DNA of 64,000 nt from assembly GCA_007134485.1 (NCBI GenBank), contig SLKT01000040.1, positions 16,696 to 80,695 of the forward strand. Direction: 5' to 3'. Position numbers and translations under genes: made by a program. Below the pieces are notes generated by a model that saw only the letters and a program-made list of their open reading frames with translations, ran no database searches and was not told the origin of the DNA. Shown piece by piece: positions 7,529-17,265 of this stretch. The first letter of the stretch is position 1, and every line of letters begins with the position of its first letter. Origin of the DNA: Wenzhouxiangella sp. Its GTDB lineage: Bacteria > Pseudomonadota > Gammaproteobacteria > Xanthomonadales > Wenzhouxiangellaceae.

Positions 7529-10285
7529 TCAGTCAAAAGTGTAGCGAAATGCCTCATCGGCCACGTCCACCTTGATCTGTTTAACCTCATCGCCTTCCAG
7601 GCGCCGAGTCAGCAACTCGCGGCTGACCTCCGGCAGAAGCGTATTGGTCAGAATGGCATCGATCATTCGACCACCGCTCTCCAGTTCCTTGCAGCGACTG
7701 ATGACCAGGTCAATGACATCGTCACTGTAGGTGAATGGCACCTCGTAGTGATCGGTGACACGCTTCTCGATCCGGCCCAGTTGCAGGCGGGCAATCTGGT
7801 CGAGCACAGCATCGCTGAGTGGATAATAGGGAATGACCACCAACCGGCCCAGCAGTGCGGCCGGAAAGACTTTAAGCAAGGGCTCGCGTAGCGACTTGGC
7901 CAGGCTATCGGTATCCGGCATCAGATCCGGATCCTGGCACATGTTCATGATCAGGTCACTGCCGACATTGGATGTCAGCAGAATGATGGTGTTCTTGAAA
8001 TCAATCAAACGGCCTTCACCATCTTCCATGACCCCCTTGTCAAAGACCTGGAAGAAAATCTCGTGGACATCGGAATGCGCCTTTTCCACTTCGTCAAGCA
8101 GCACCACGCTATACGGTTTGCGCCGAACCGCTTCGGTGAGAATGCCACCTTCTCCATAGCCGACATAGCCGGGAGGTGCACCCTTGAGGGTCGATACGGT
8201 ATGTGCTTCCTGAAATTCGCTCATATTGATGGTAATGAGATTGCGCTCACCGCCGTACAGCGTCTCGGCCAGGGCCAGGGCCGTTTCGGTCTTGCCCACG
8301 CCGGAAGGGCCGGCCAGCATGAATACACCGATCGGCTTGGACGGATTGTCCAGCCGGGCGCGGGCGGTCTGGATGCGCTTGGAAACCATGCTCAGGGCAT
8401 TATCCTGGCCCACCACACGCTGCGACAAGGTCTGATCCAGATTCAGAACCGTGCGCAATTCATCCTTGACCATTCGCCCGACCGGTATGCCGGTCCAGTC
8501 AGCCACCACGCTGGCGATCGACTGCTCATCGACGGCCGGATGCAGCAATGGTGTCTCACCCTGGACCTCGACCAGCTTGTCGTGCAATGTCTCCAGTTCG
8601 GCCAACAAGGCTTCACGATCGATCTCTTCGTCCTCATCCTGCGCATCCTCCTCAGCCTTCTTATCCTCGGCTGCGTGATCGGACCCGTCATCGTCCTCAC
8701 GCAATTCCTCGGCCTCTTCCAGTGCCTGGGCCGCCTCCTCGACCACTTCCTTTTCAGGATGCAGCTTCTGGCGAATGTCGAGAATCTGTGCGACCAGATC
8801 CTTCTCGCCGTTCCAACGCTCCTCTAGCTTTTCGCATCGCTCTTTCTCCTCGGCCAGTGCAGCTTCAACCCGGTCACGTCGATCACCGATGGCAATGCCG
8901 ACATCCTCCTCGCGTCCGATGATCTCAAGCTCCAGTTCCAGCGCCTGGATGTTTCGTCGACAATCCTCGAGTTCGGCCGGTACGGCGTGTAAGGCCGTGG
9001 CCACCCGGGCGCAAGCGGTGTCCAGCAGGCTGACCGACTTGTCAGGCAACTGGCGGTCGGGAATGTAGCGACTGGACAGTTTGACCGAGGCTTCCAGCGC
9101 TTCGTCAAGGATCAATACCTTGTGATGGTTTTCCATGGCCGGCGAAATGGCCCGCATCATGCGGATGGCCTTGTCGATGGCCGGTTCGTCAATCTTGACC
9201 ACCTGAAAGCGCCGAGTCAGCGCCGGATCCTTTTCAATGTGCTTCTTGTACTCGGCCCAGGTTGTCGCGGCAATGGTTCGCAACTCGCCACGGGCCAGTG
9301 CCGGCTTGAGCAAGTTGGCCGCATCGCCGGTACCGGCAGAACCACCGGCGCCGATCAGTGTATGGGCCTCGTCAATGAACAGGATGATCGGCTTGGGTGA
9401 GGATTGCACTTCTTCGATCACGTTCTTGAGACGGTTCTCGAATTCACCCTTCATGCTGGCGCCGGCTTGAAGCAGTCCGACATCAAGCACACGCAGGGAA
9501 ACATTCATCAATGTCGGCGGTACATCGCCGCGCGCGATTCGCAAGGCAAAGCCTTCCACCGCGGCGGTCTTGCCGACACCCGCCTCACCGGTGAGAATCG
9601 GATTGTTCTGCTTGCGTCGCATCAGAATGTCGATGATCTGGCGAATCTCTTCGTCACGACCGACGATATCGTCCATTTCACCCTTGCGAGCCTTTTCGGT
9701 CAAATCAATGGAAAACTGCTGCAAGGCTTCCATCTTGCCATCGCCGCCGGGCCGGGCGTCACTGGCCTCTCCGGGCTCTCCCTGCTCTTCCAGTCCCGAG
9801 TCACGCTCCTCGATGGAACCGGAGGTGATCTCGTCGAAATCGTCTCCGAGTTGCTCGGGTTTGATCTTCTTGAATTCAACGGAAATATTGAGCAGCGCAT
9901 TGCGCAAGCTTGACGTCTTGAGTATCCCCAGCAACAGATGCCCCGAGCGGACCTTGCGTGCGTTGTACAGCAAGGAGGCCCACACCCAGGCGCGCTCCAC
10001 CGCCTCTTCGAGATGAGATGACAGGTCCGAGATCGAGGTTGCCCCGCGCGGCAGGCGATCAAGTGACTCGGTCATGTCCTTGGCCAGACGCGATGGATCA
10101 ATATCGAAATGCTTGATGATCTGTTGCAAATCGGAATGTTCGACCTGCAGGATCTGCTGAAACCAGTGCACCAATTCCACGTACGGGTTGCCCCGCATCT
10201 TGCAGAAGACGGTGGCACTTTCTATGGCCTTGTAGCAGGTGCTGTTAAGTTTGTTGAACAGTGCAACACGCGAAATTTCTGCCAT
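7529..10285 (-). CDS. tssH: T6SS AAA+ ATPase ClpV/TssH
   Basis: Two Walker A motifs (GEAGVGKT, GPSGVGKT), ClpV-type N-terminus, GAPPGYVGY loop. Confidence 0.97.
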   Translation of the reverse strand: MAEISRVALFNKLNSTCYKAIESATVFCKMRGNPYVELVHWFQQILQVEHSDLQQIIKHFDIDPSRLAKDMTESLDRLPRGATSISDLSSHLEEAVERAWVWASLLYNARKVRSGHLLLGILKTSSLRNALLNISVEFKKIKPEQLGDDFDEITSGSIEERDSGLEEQGEPGEASDARPGGDGKMEALQQFSIDLTEKARKGEMDDIVGRDEEIRQIIDILMRRKQNNPILTGEAGVGKTAAVEGFALRIARGDVPPTLMNVSLRVLDVGLLQAGASMKGEFENRLKNVIEEVQSSPKPIILFIDEAHTLIGAGGSAGTGDAANLLKPALARGELRTIAATTWAEYKKHIEKDPALTRRFQVVKIDEPAIDKAIRMMRAISPAMENHHKVLILDEALEASVKLSSRYIPDRQLPDKSVSLLDTACARVATALHAVPAELEDCRRNIQALELELEIIGREEDVGIAIGDRRDRVEAALAEEKERCEKLEERWNGEKDLVAQILDIRQKLHPEKEVVEEAAQALEEAEELREDDDGSDHAAEDKKAEEDAQDEDEEIDREALLAELETLHDKLVEVQGETPLLHPAVDEQSIASVVADWTGIPVGRMVKDELRTVLNLDQTLSQRVVGQDNALSMVSKRIQTARARLDNPSKPIGVFMLAGPSGVGKTETALALAETLYGGERNLITINMSEFQEAHTVSTLKGAPPGYVGYGEGGILTEAVRRKPYSVVLLDEVEKAHSDVHEIFFQVFDKGVMEDGEGRLIDFKNTIILLTSNVGSDLIMNMCQDPDLMPDTDSLAKSLREPLLKVFPAALLGRLVVIPYYPLSDAVLDQIARLQLGRIEKRVTDHYEVPFTYSDDVIDLVISRCKELESGGRMIDAILTNTLLPEVSRELLTRRLEGDEVKQIKVDVADEAFRYTFD

Positions 10286-10286
10286 G

Positions 10287-11324
10287 TCAATTCTCTCTCA
10301 GTCCGGATTCAAAGGATGGGCTGTGGAAAAAGTCGATGCCGTCATCGTTGGTTTTTAGTCCATGCAACCAGGTGGAATATCCCAGTTCGCCGTACTTGCC
10401 CAGTTGGGCGACCGGCTTGTCCATGCCCGGAACATACATGCGATATTCCCAGGATAGTTCATGGCCGACGTAGCTGTTCACGATGGCCGTCATTCTCCTG
10501 GCCGTCGGACGACCCGGCAGCAACGCCTCATACTGTGAACGTGACAATGGCCCTATCACGAGCGCGAAGCGAAACTGTCTTTCAAAGGACTTCTCTCCAA
10601 TGACCGCATTCACTCCGAGACAGCCCGAGTCACGGGATCGTCCAAGGTAAAGCCGACTCTCTTCCGGGAACTCCAGCCACTCCGGTTGGAACTCCTCAAG
10701 AGCAACCGGGATGTCCAGTTGCTGAGACAGAATCCCCAGCAAACCCTCGGCATCATGCTTTTGACGGGCGAGATGGCCGGCATGAAATCTCCTTGCCTCG
10801 TCGGGCATCCAGTCATGTCCATCCAGCCCCGGCATACCAACACCGGCAAGGGCGCCGACATACTTGTCGAAATGATTGGCGCCGGCATGATCCTCGGAAA
10901 CCGCCGGCTGCGCATCCGCCCAGATGCGATAGAACAATGATACCAGTCGATGATGAAAGACATCGCAGAAGCGCACGATGGTTTCGTCGTGCCAGGAAAG
11001 CTGACGTTCCATGGCGTACTCGGTCAGGTGCATCGGCAACGGACCATTGGGACCGAAAATACCGTGGAAGTTCTGATACAGTCGAGCCGGGCGGTGCTGG
11101 TTGCCCTTGTCGACTGCCTTCAGCGTCGATGGCGCAAAATTCAGGTAAGGCTGCTGACCCAACCGGATCGGATCCTGACGGGCACGACGCGATTGTCCGA
11201 AACCCGGAGCATCCGGCACCGCGGCTTCCAGCAGGCGCAAGGCGGTATAGAACCCGAACGAGCTCGGATTCTCCTCGAACTGCTGGACTAGATCGTCAAC
11301 CTTCGTCCGGTCAGTAGCGGCCAT
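10287..11324 (-). CDS. tssG: T6SS baseplate subunit TssG
   Basis: FGPNGPLPMHLTE, FHHRLVSLFYRIW motifs; between tssF and clpV. Confidence 0.95.
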   Translation of the reverse strand: MAATDRTKVDDLVQQFEENPSSFGFYTALRLLEAAVPDAPGFGQSRRARQDPIRLGQQPYLNFAPSTLKAVDKGNQHRPARLYQNFHGIFGPNGPLPMHLTEYAMERQLSWHDETIVRFCDVFHHRLVSLFYRIWADAQPAVSEDHAGANHFDKYVGALAGVGMPGLDGHDWMPDEARRFHAGHLARQKHDAEGLLGILSQQLDIPVALEEFQPEWLEFPEESRLYLGRSRDSGCLGVNAVIGEKSFERQFRFALVIGPLSRSQYEALLPGRPTARRMTAIVNSYVGHELSWEYRMYVPGMDKPVAQLGKYGELGYSTWLHGLKTNDDGIDFFHSPSFESGLREN

Positions 11325-13162
11325 CGAACAATTTCACCTCGATCAGTCGTGTGCAGATGGGTTTCAGTGAATGAATTGATACTTGCATAACGCGCAAAGA
11401 ACTCACGCAGAATTCTTCCCAGCAGAAAGACACCGACACCCTCGAAACTGGATTCATCAAGCGTCAAGTCGATCTGGATACCACGGCCGGCGGTAATCGG
11501 GCCTCCGAGCGGAAGTCGCCGTATGACCGATCTGGCCTGAATATCCTGCACCCCTTCGATCTGACGACGCAGAGCGCCATCGGAAAGATCGGCATACAGT
11601 TCGAGCAACTCACGCAATGACGCAGCGCCATTACCCTCACGATCATTGAGCAGGGACAGGTAGTTCAGGTTCAGGTGACTGAGCAATCGCCAGGCGGCAT
11701 CGCCGCTGGAAAATCGTGGTCGCGGCGTCGTCGGCCCGGCAACACAGTACACCTTCTCGACCGGCGCACTGCTGAGCAGGGAAAAGTCCTCTCCGGTATT
11801 CAGCGGCATGTGCAGTGGCAGGTCACGGTTGGTGCACAGCGCCTTTACGCCAACCTGTTTGAGGTTTTCGCTGTAGGGGGCTGATCGATTGTCAACGATG
11901 GTAATGAAAACCTCGCTACCGACGTAGCTGGAGCGGGTCCCGTTGACATGCTGACGTTTCGAAAGCTTTCGAGGCGCGCGCTTTTGCGTGTAGAAGGCAT
12001 TCTCGTCACGGCTGGAAGCTCGATCCTGTGACCAGAAAAAAGGGCGGAACTCGCGCGCTTCCTTGCTGCCGGCGCTGTAGCCCTTGACCTCCTCGATGGT
12101 GTGAATTTCGAAATCCATCGGACGGGTGCGATCGGCCACAACATGCAGATCGGTATCGCGGCGTGAAACATGAATGCGGCCGCAGTGGCGTGGAAAGAGA
12201 TTGATGACCGGGGCACAGAACAACAGGAAGTTTTCGGCATCCATGGCGTTCTCGAGCACATCGGCAGCGCGATTGAAGTAAATCACCACCTCGAATCCGG
12301 TTGCGCTGGAGCCGGAAAAAGCCGACCGCAAGCCCTTCAGGCGGGTAAACTGGAATCGCTCGGGGAAGGCAAAGTATTCCTGCAGCAGTCGATACCCCTG
12401 AAAGGAACGATATCCGTAGGGCAGCATGGCCTCATCCGAGTCAAACCCCGGCATCTCGACCGAATCGGCTCCTCGGGTCACCACCCGATCGTTCTCGCCA
12501 CCTCGCGCCCTGACCGCAAAACCGAGGTTGCAGGCGTGCAACTGCTCCATCATCCTGGAGACCACATCACCGCCACCCTTGACGTAGAACTCGAGCTCAT
12601 CGAGTTCGATTTCGTCCATGGTCAATCCGGCGGTGGCCGCAAACTTCAAACGAAGTCCCGAACGCGTGTCGGGTGGCGGATTCACGCCGAGCGCGGCAAC
12701 GTCGCCACGGGTCGGCAGGAACTGGGCCTGTTCAACTCGAATCGGCCACAATACCGTCTTCTGGCGGGTCCGGAATTCACATGCAGTCTGCTCACCACGC
12801 CCGAACTGACCACGCAGCGCGGTATCCACGCCAATCGGGAACCCCTCGGCCAGCGAGCCCTCGGTCAGGTCGGGCTCGAAGCGCACCACGCACATCGAAG
12901 GCGTCGGCGCCAGAAAGTGTGGGTAGACCACTTCAAGCAGATGCTGGGTGAAGTGTTCGTACTCATGATCGATCTTGAGTTGCAAGCGGGCCGCCAGGAA
13001 GGCAAACCCTTCCAGCAGGCGTTCGACGTATGGGTCCGCGCACTCGAATTCATCAAGGCCCAGCCGTCCGGCGATCTTGGGGAATTCCTTGGCGAACTCT
13101 CCCCCCAGCTCACGCAGATGCTGAAGTTCGGTGTTGTAGAACTTGAGCAGCAATGGGTCCAT
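11288..13162 (-). CDS. tssF: T6SS baseplate subunit TssF
   Basis: YNTELQHLRELGGEFAKEFPKIAGRL, DPYVERLLEGFAFLAAR, GYRLLQEYFAFPERF, YASINSF. Confidence 0.97.
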   Translation of the reverse strand: MDPLLLKFYNTELQHLRELGGEFAKEFPKIAGRLGLDEFECADPYVERLLEGFAFLAARLQLKIDHEYEHFTQHLLEVVYPHFLAPTPSMCVVRFEPDLTEGSLAEGFPIGVDTALRGQFGRGEQTACEFRTRQKTVLWPIRVEQAQFLPTRGDVAALGVNPPPDTRSGLRLKFAATAGLTMDEIELDELEFYVKGGGDVVSRMMEQLHACNLGFAVRARGGENDRVVTRGADSVEMPGFDSDEAMLPYGYRSFQGYRLLQEYFAFPERFQFTRLKGLRSAFSGSSATGFEVVIYFNRAADVLENAMDAENFLLFCAPVINLFPRHCGRIHVSRRDTDLHVVADRTRPMDFEIHTIEEVKGYSAGSKEAREFRPFFWSQDRASSRDENAFYTQKRAPRKLSKRQHVNGTRSSYVGSEVFITIVDNRSAPYSENLKQVGVKALCTNRDLPLHMPLNTGEDFSLLSSAPVEKVYCVAGPTTPRPRFSSGDAAWRLLSHLNLNYLSLLNDREGNGAASLRELLELYADLSDGALRRQIEGVQDIQARSVIRRLPLGGPITAGRGIQIDLTLDESSFEGVGVFLLGRILREFFARYASINSFTETHLHTTDRGEIVRWPLLTGRRLTI

Positions 13163-13185
13163 GACTTGATCGCTGTCCTCGGTCC

Positions 13186-13701
13186 CTAGCGAACCGCTGA
13201 CCCGGCGGCATCAACCACATCCACGTCACCGCTTTCCAGGTCCATCTCGGTCTTGAGAAACAGCTCTGTCGGCATGGGCTGGGCCCATAACTGCCCCACG
13301 ATCTCGAACACGATCGCATTTCGATTCATGTTTTCAGGTGAGACCACGGAGCGAATATCCAGGCTATTGGTGAGGATCCGCGGCTCATAGGTCAGTATGG
13401 CTGTCTTGACCATGCGCTCGATCTGGTCGCTGCTCAGGCCTGAAACCGCCGCTCCCGACAGATCTGGCATGCCATAGTTGAGCACCGAACGCTGGACCTC
13501 GGGATAATCGGAAAGATCCTGCAACGCCTCCATATGCCCCGTATTCAGCAGCCAGGCCAGGTCACGCTTGACCAGTGCACGCAGGCGATTCATGCTGATG
13601 ACTCGCCGACTGCGGCTTTCCGATTGTTCATCCGGCGCCTCATCGGTCAACCTGTCCAACAAGGACGGTTGAAGTCGCTCGGTATGGGACAGTTCAGCCA
13701 T
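13186..13701 (-). CDS. tssE: T6SS baseplate gp25-like subunit TssE
   Basis: LQPSLLDRLTD, DLAWLLN, SVLNYGMPD, YEPR. Confidence 0.95.
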   Translation of the reverse strand: MAELSHTERLQPSLLDRLTDEAPDEQSESRSRRVISMNRLRALVKRDLAWLLNTGHMEALQDLSDYPEVQRSVLNYGMPDLSGAAVSGLSSDQIERMVKTAILTYEPRILTNSLDIRSVVSPENMNRNAIVFEIVGQLWAQPMPTELFLKTEMDLESGDVDVVDAAGSAVR

Positions 13702-13704
13702 CGA

Positions 13705-14553
13705 TCAGGAACCATCGGGGCGCGCGGGCGCCTGGTCCATTTCAGCTTGTCCTTCTCCGGGTTGCTGGTCGATACTGATTTCGGTAATCCCCAGGAAGGG
13801 ATAATCATTTTGATCGGTGACCATCAGTCGCTGGCCATGGCCGATCACCAATTCATTGCCCAACTCCTCCCACTCGGTCAGGCGAGCCAGGGCCAACCGT
13901 GAATCTTCCGCCGTCTCCGAGCCGGGATAACGCACCGGTATGAAACCGACCGCCTCACCCTCATTCGCCCACTTGAATTCGGCCGGCGCCCAGACAAGAT
14001 CACGCAAGTCTTCCGGCGCTTCCATTCGGAGGCTTGCAATACAGTCAATCGGCACCCAGTAGTAGTAGCCATTGATGAAAGCCTCGAGGACCGGGCCCAG
14101 GCGTCCGTCCGCATCGGCAATCCATTCGAAAGGTTCGCCGTTGATGGTCCCCTTGCTCTCCGGCGCATTCTCGAACGCCTGATCACGCAAGCGCTCGGCC
14201 TCCTCGGCCTGTCCGGCGGCCAATGCGGCCAGACCGGCCGAGAGATCGGCAGTCCATTGTGACGGCTTGCCGAACATCAGCGCCGTGCGCTTGCCGGCAA
14301 ACACGGCCTGGCGAATGTGCTCGCACTGGATGACGGCGTCATAGGTTTCGAACATGGGCACCGTCGAGGCGTCCATGTCCTTGAGGACATACAACTGCCG
14401 TCGCGCCCGCTCCCATTGTCCCAGGATACAAAAGAGCTGGAACAGAAATACGCGCGGCGCGGTGGCCGAGGCGTCTTTTCGGACCTGCTCGGTGACTTTT
14501 TCAAGACAACCGGCAAGATCACCGGACTTCAGTAAAGCCTCAGCTTGTTCCAT
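13705..14553 (-). CDS. tagJ: T6SS accessory protein TagJ (ImpE/SciE family)
   Basis: RVFLFQLFCILGQWERA, FEWIADADGRLGPVLE, DLRDLVW, GFIPVRYPGS; between hcp and tssE. Confidence 0.92.
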   Translation of the reverse strand: MEQAEALLKSGDLAGCLEKVTEQVRKDASATAPRVFLFQLFCILGQWERARRQLYVLKDMDASTVPMFETYDAVIQCEHIRQAVFAGKRTALMFGKPSQWTADLSAGLAALAAGQAEEAERLRDQAFENAPESKGTINGEPFEWIADADGRLGPVLEAFINGYYYWVPIDCIASLRMEAPEDLRDLVWAPAEFKWANEGEAVGFIPVRYPGSETAEDSRLALARLTEWEELGNELVIGHGQRLMVTDQNDYPFLGITEISIDQQPGEGQAEMDQAPARPDGS

Positions 14554-14571
14554 GATTCAACCTCAAAGATG

Positions 14572-14598
14572 ACGGGAACGGCGTGTCGCCGTTCCCGT
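14572..14598 (-). terminator. 12-bp perfect stem-loop after hcp (leaky terminator or mRNA stabiliser)
   Basis: ACGGGAACGGCG-3 nt-CGCCGTTCCCGT, 17 nt after the hcp stop; only a weak T run (CATCTTTG) follows on the minus strand. Confidence 0.7.
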
Positions 14599-14615
14599 GA
14601 AACGACAGCGCCCGA

Positions 14616-15101
14616 TCAGGCCTCTTCGTTGGCCCGGATATCCCAGCCTGTCTCGACGGTCGCCCCGGACGATCCATCGTCTTCCTGGGGCGTGTATTCC
14701 ATCTTGAACTTGGCGAAGTTGAGCGTGATCGTTTCGGTGACACGTTCATCGTCGGACGTTGAGCCGGTTTGTATGTCGGAGACCATCACATCTTCCAGGG
14801 TCAGCACCAGGTATTCGACCGGTTCATCACCACCCGCCTTGCGGAAGGTCAGTACGGCCTCATCCTCGTGTTTGCCATTGCAGCACAGCTTCCACAGGTT
14901 GGGGGTGGCCTGATCGACCCACTTGTTGATGGTGATATCCTGGACAGACACCTTGCCGGAACCACCACCACGGCCGCGATGCATGGTGCCTGACTGGTGA
15001 GCGCCCCAGGACCAGCTCAGCACCTCGATTTCATCCTCGTGCCCGGCAACCTTGGAGTCACCATCAATGTCTCCGAATTTCAAGAAAATATCTGTGGCCA
15101 T
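14616..15101 (-). CDS. hcp: T6SS tube protein Hcp (TssD)
   Basis: GHEDEIEVLSWSWG, GGGSGKVSVQDITINKWVDQATPNL, ETITLNFAK. Confidence 0.97.
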   Translation of the reverse strand: MATDIFLKFGDIDGDSKVAGHEDEIEVLSWSWGAHQSGTMHRGRGGGSGKVSVQDITINKWVDQATPNLWKLCCNGKHEDEAVLTFRKAGGDEPVEYLVLTLEDVMVSDIQTGSTSDDERVTETITLNFAKFKMEYTPQEDDGSSGATVETGWDIRANEEA

Positions 15102-15190
15102 ATTAATTACTCCTCATTTATCATATGAAATGCCCGGTAGCCGGACACCGATTCCGTAGCGTCCCTGCAATTCACTACACGATATGAAGC

Positions 15191-16687
15191 TTACCCGCCC
15201 TTCGCTGATGGCAGTTTTGAAACCAGCCTCAGCGACACCGACAGGCCTTCGAGCTGGTAATGCGGTCGCAGGTAGAATTGCGACGTGTAGTAACCAGGAT
15301 TGCCTTCGACTTCCTGTACCCGAACTTCGGCTGCGGCCAGTGGCTTGCGGGCCTTGGTGTCTTCCGAGCTGTTGGCCGGGTCGCCATCGACATACTGCAT
15401 GATCCATTTCGATAGCCAGCGCTCCATGTCATCGCGCTCACGGAACGAACCCACCTTGTCACGGACAATGCATTTGAGATAGTGGGCAAATCGGCAACTG
15501 GCGAACAGATAAGGCAGTCGCGCAGAAAGCTGCGCATTGGCCGTGGCATCCGGATCATCATACTCAGCCGGTTTCTGCAGCGACTGAGCCCCAATGAAGG
15601 CGGCAAAGTCCGTGTTCTTTCTGTGAATCAGCGGCATCAGGCCGATCTTGGCCAATTCGGCCTCACGGCGGTCACTGATGGCGATCTCGGTGGGACACTT
15701 CATGTCCACCCCACCATCGTCGGTCGGGAAGGTATGGGTCGGCAAGCCATCCACCGCACCTCCGGATTCCACGCCGCGAATACGGGTGCACCATCCATAC
15801 TTCTTGAAGGCGCCGGTGACATTGGTCGCCATGGCATAGGCGGAATTGGCCCAGGTGTACTTGCCGGAATCCGCACCTTCGGTGTCTTCCTCGAAGTTGA
15901 ATTCCTCGACCGGATCGCCCTTTTCGCCGTACGGCAGGCGGGCCAGGAAGCGCGGCATGGTCAGGCCCAGATAACGCGAGTCCTCGGATTCGCGCAATGA
16001 CTTCCAGGCGGCATACTCGGGTGTCGACGTCAGCTTGCCCAGGTCGCGCGGGTTGGCCAGCTCGCTCCACGAATCCATCTGCAGCAGATTGGGTCCGGCC
16101 GCGGCCAGGAACGGCGCATGGGCGGCGGCAGCGATCTGCGCCATGCCATTGAGCACGGCGACATCCTTGGCATTGTGATCAAAGGTATAGTCACCCACCA
16201 GGCACCCGAAGGGCTCACCACCCAGCTGGCCGTATTCCTCTTCGTAGATCTTCTTGAACAACGGCGACTGATCCCAGGATGCACCGGGGTAACGCTTGAA
16301 CATCTTGGCCAGCTCATCCTTGCTGATGTTCATCACCCGGATCTTGAGCATCTCGTCGGTTTCGGTATTCATGACGTGGTAGTGCAATCCGCGCCAGGAA
16401 CCTTCCAGCGTCTGGAACTCCTCGTGGTGAAGGATTTCGTTGACCTGCTCGGTCAGGCGCTGATCGATCTCGGCGATCAGTGCATTGATGGTAGTCACGG
16501 CATCGCTGGATACCAGCGCGACCCCTTCGAGCACGTGCTCTGCCAGCACCTTGACCGCTGATTCGACCTCGGACTTGGCGCGTGAGCTCTTGGGTTTGAA
16601 CTCCTTTTGCAACAGTGAGGTAAAGTCGTCCTGTTCAACCGCCTCTTCAGTTCCTTCCTGTTGCGCGGCTTCTTTTTCCTTGGCCAT
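15191..16687 (-). CDS. tssC: T6SS contractile sheath large subunit TssC
   Basis: EGSWRGL, EEEYGQLGGEPFG, YLGLTMPRFLARLPYG, KCPTEIAISDRREAEL. Confidence 0.98.
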   Translation of the reverse strand: MAKEKEAAQQEGTEEAVEQDDFTSLLQKEFKPKSSRAKSEVESAVKVLAEHVLEGVALVSSDAVTTINALIAEIDQRLTEQVNEILHHEEFQTLEGSWRGLHYHVMNTETDEMLKIRVMNISKDELAKMFKRYPGASWDQSPLFKKIYEEEYGQLGGEPFGCLVGDYTFDHNAKDVAVLNGMAQIAAAAHAPFLAAAGPNLLQMDSWSELANPRDLGKLTSTPEYAAWKSLRESEDSRYLGLTMPRFLARLPYGEKGDPVEEFNFEEDTEGADSGKYTWANSAYAMATNVTGAFKKYGWCTRIRGVESGGAVDGLPTHTFPTDDGGVDMKCPTEIAISDRREAELAKIGLMPLIHRKNTDFAAFIGAQSLQKPAEYDDPDATANAQLSARLPYLFASCRFAHYLKCIVRDKVGSFRERDDMERWLSKWIMQYVDGDPANSSEDTKARKPLAAAEVRVQEVEGNPGYYTSQFYLRPHYQLEGLSVSLRLVSKLPSAKGG

Positions 16688-16689
16688 GA

Positions 16690-17211
16690 TCAGCCCTCCT
16701 TGCTTTCGTCGTCATCCGGCTTCGGTGCGTCAGTCAGCGACTTGAGCAACTCCGGATCGTTGATGGCCTTGGAAATCAGTTCCTCGGCGCCTGCCTTGCC
16801 ATCCATGTAGGTGACCAAGTTTGAGAGCTGGGTGCGAGCCTCGAGTAGTTTGCGCAAGGGCTCGACCTTGCGAGCCACCGCCGCCGGAGAGAAGTCATCC
16901 ATACTCTCGAAGGTCAGATCGACGCTCAATTCACCCTCGTCATCCGACAGGGTATTCTTGACCCGAAAGGCCGCACGCGGCTTCATGGCCTTCATGCGAT
17001 CATCGAAGTTATCCATGTCGAACTCCAGGAACTTGCGCTGATCAATCGGCGGCAGCGGATCCTCCTGCTTGCCGGCAAGGTCGGCCATGATCCCCATCAC
17101 GAACGGGATCTGAACTTTCTTCTCGGCGCCGTACAGCTCGACGTCATATTCGATCTGAACGCGCGGAGCACGATTTCTTGCAATGAATTTCTGTCTGCTT
17201 TGCTTGGCCAC
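16690..17211 (-). CDS. tssB: T6SS contractile sheath small subunit TssB
   Basis: QKFIARNRAPRVQIEYDVELYGAEKKVQIPFVMG; start moved to GTG at 17211, 7 nt after AAGGAG. Confidence 0.97.
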   Translation of the reverse strand: MAKQSRQKFIARNRAPRVQIEYDVELYGAEKKVQIPFVMGIMADLAGKQEDPLPPIDQRKFLEFDMDNFDDRMKAMKPRAAFRVKNTLSDDEGELSVDLTFESMDDFSPAAVARKVEPLRKLLEARTQLSNLVTYMDGKAGAEELISKAINDPELLKSLTDAPKPDDDESKEG

Positions 17212-17265
17212 TTTCAAACTCCTTGATCAGAGACCGGGCCAGCCCCCGGCCTGTTTTAGGTTCCC

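Noticed and set aside
17229-17252. Small GC hairpin between tssA and tssB
   Set aside because: 7-bp stem with no U-tract; common intercistronic feature
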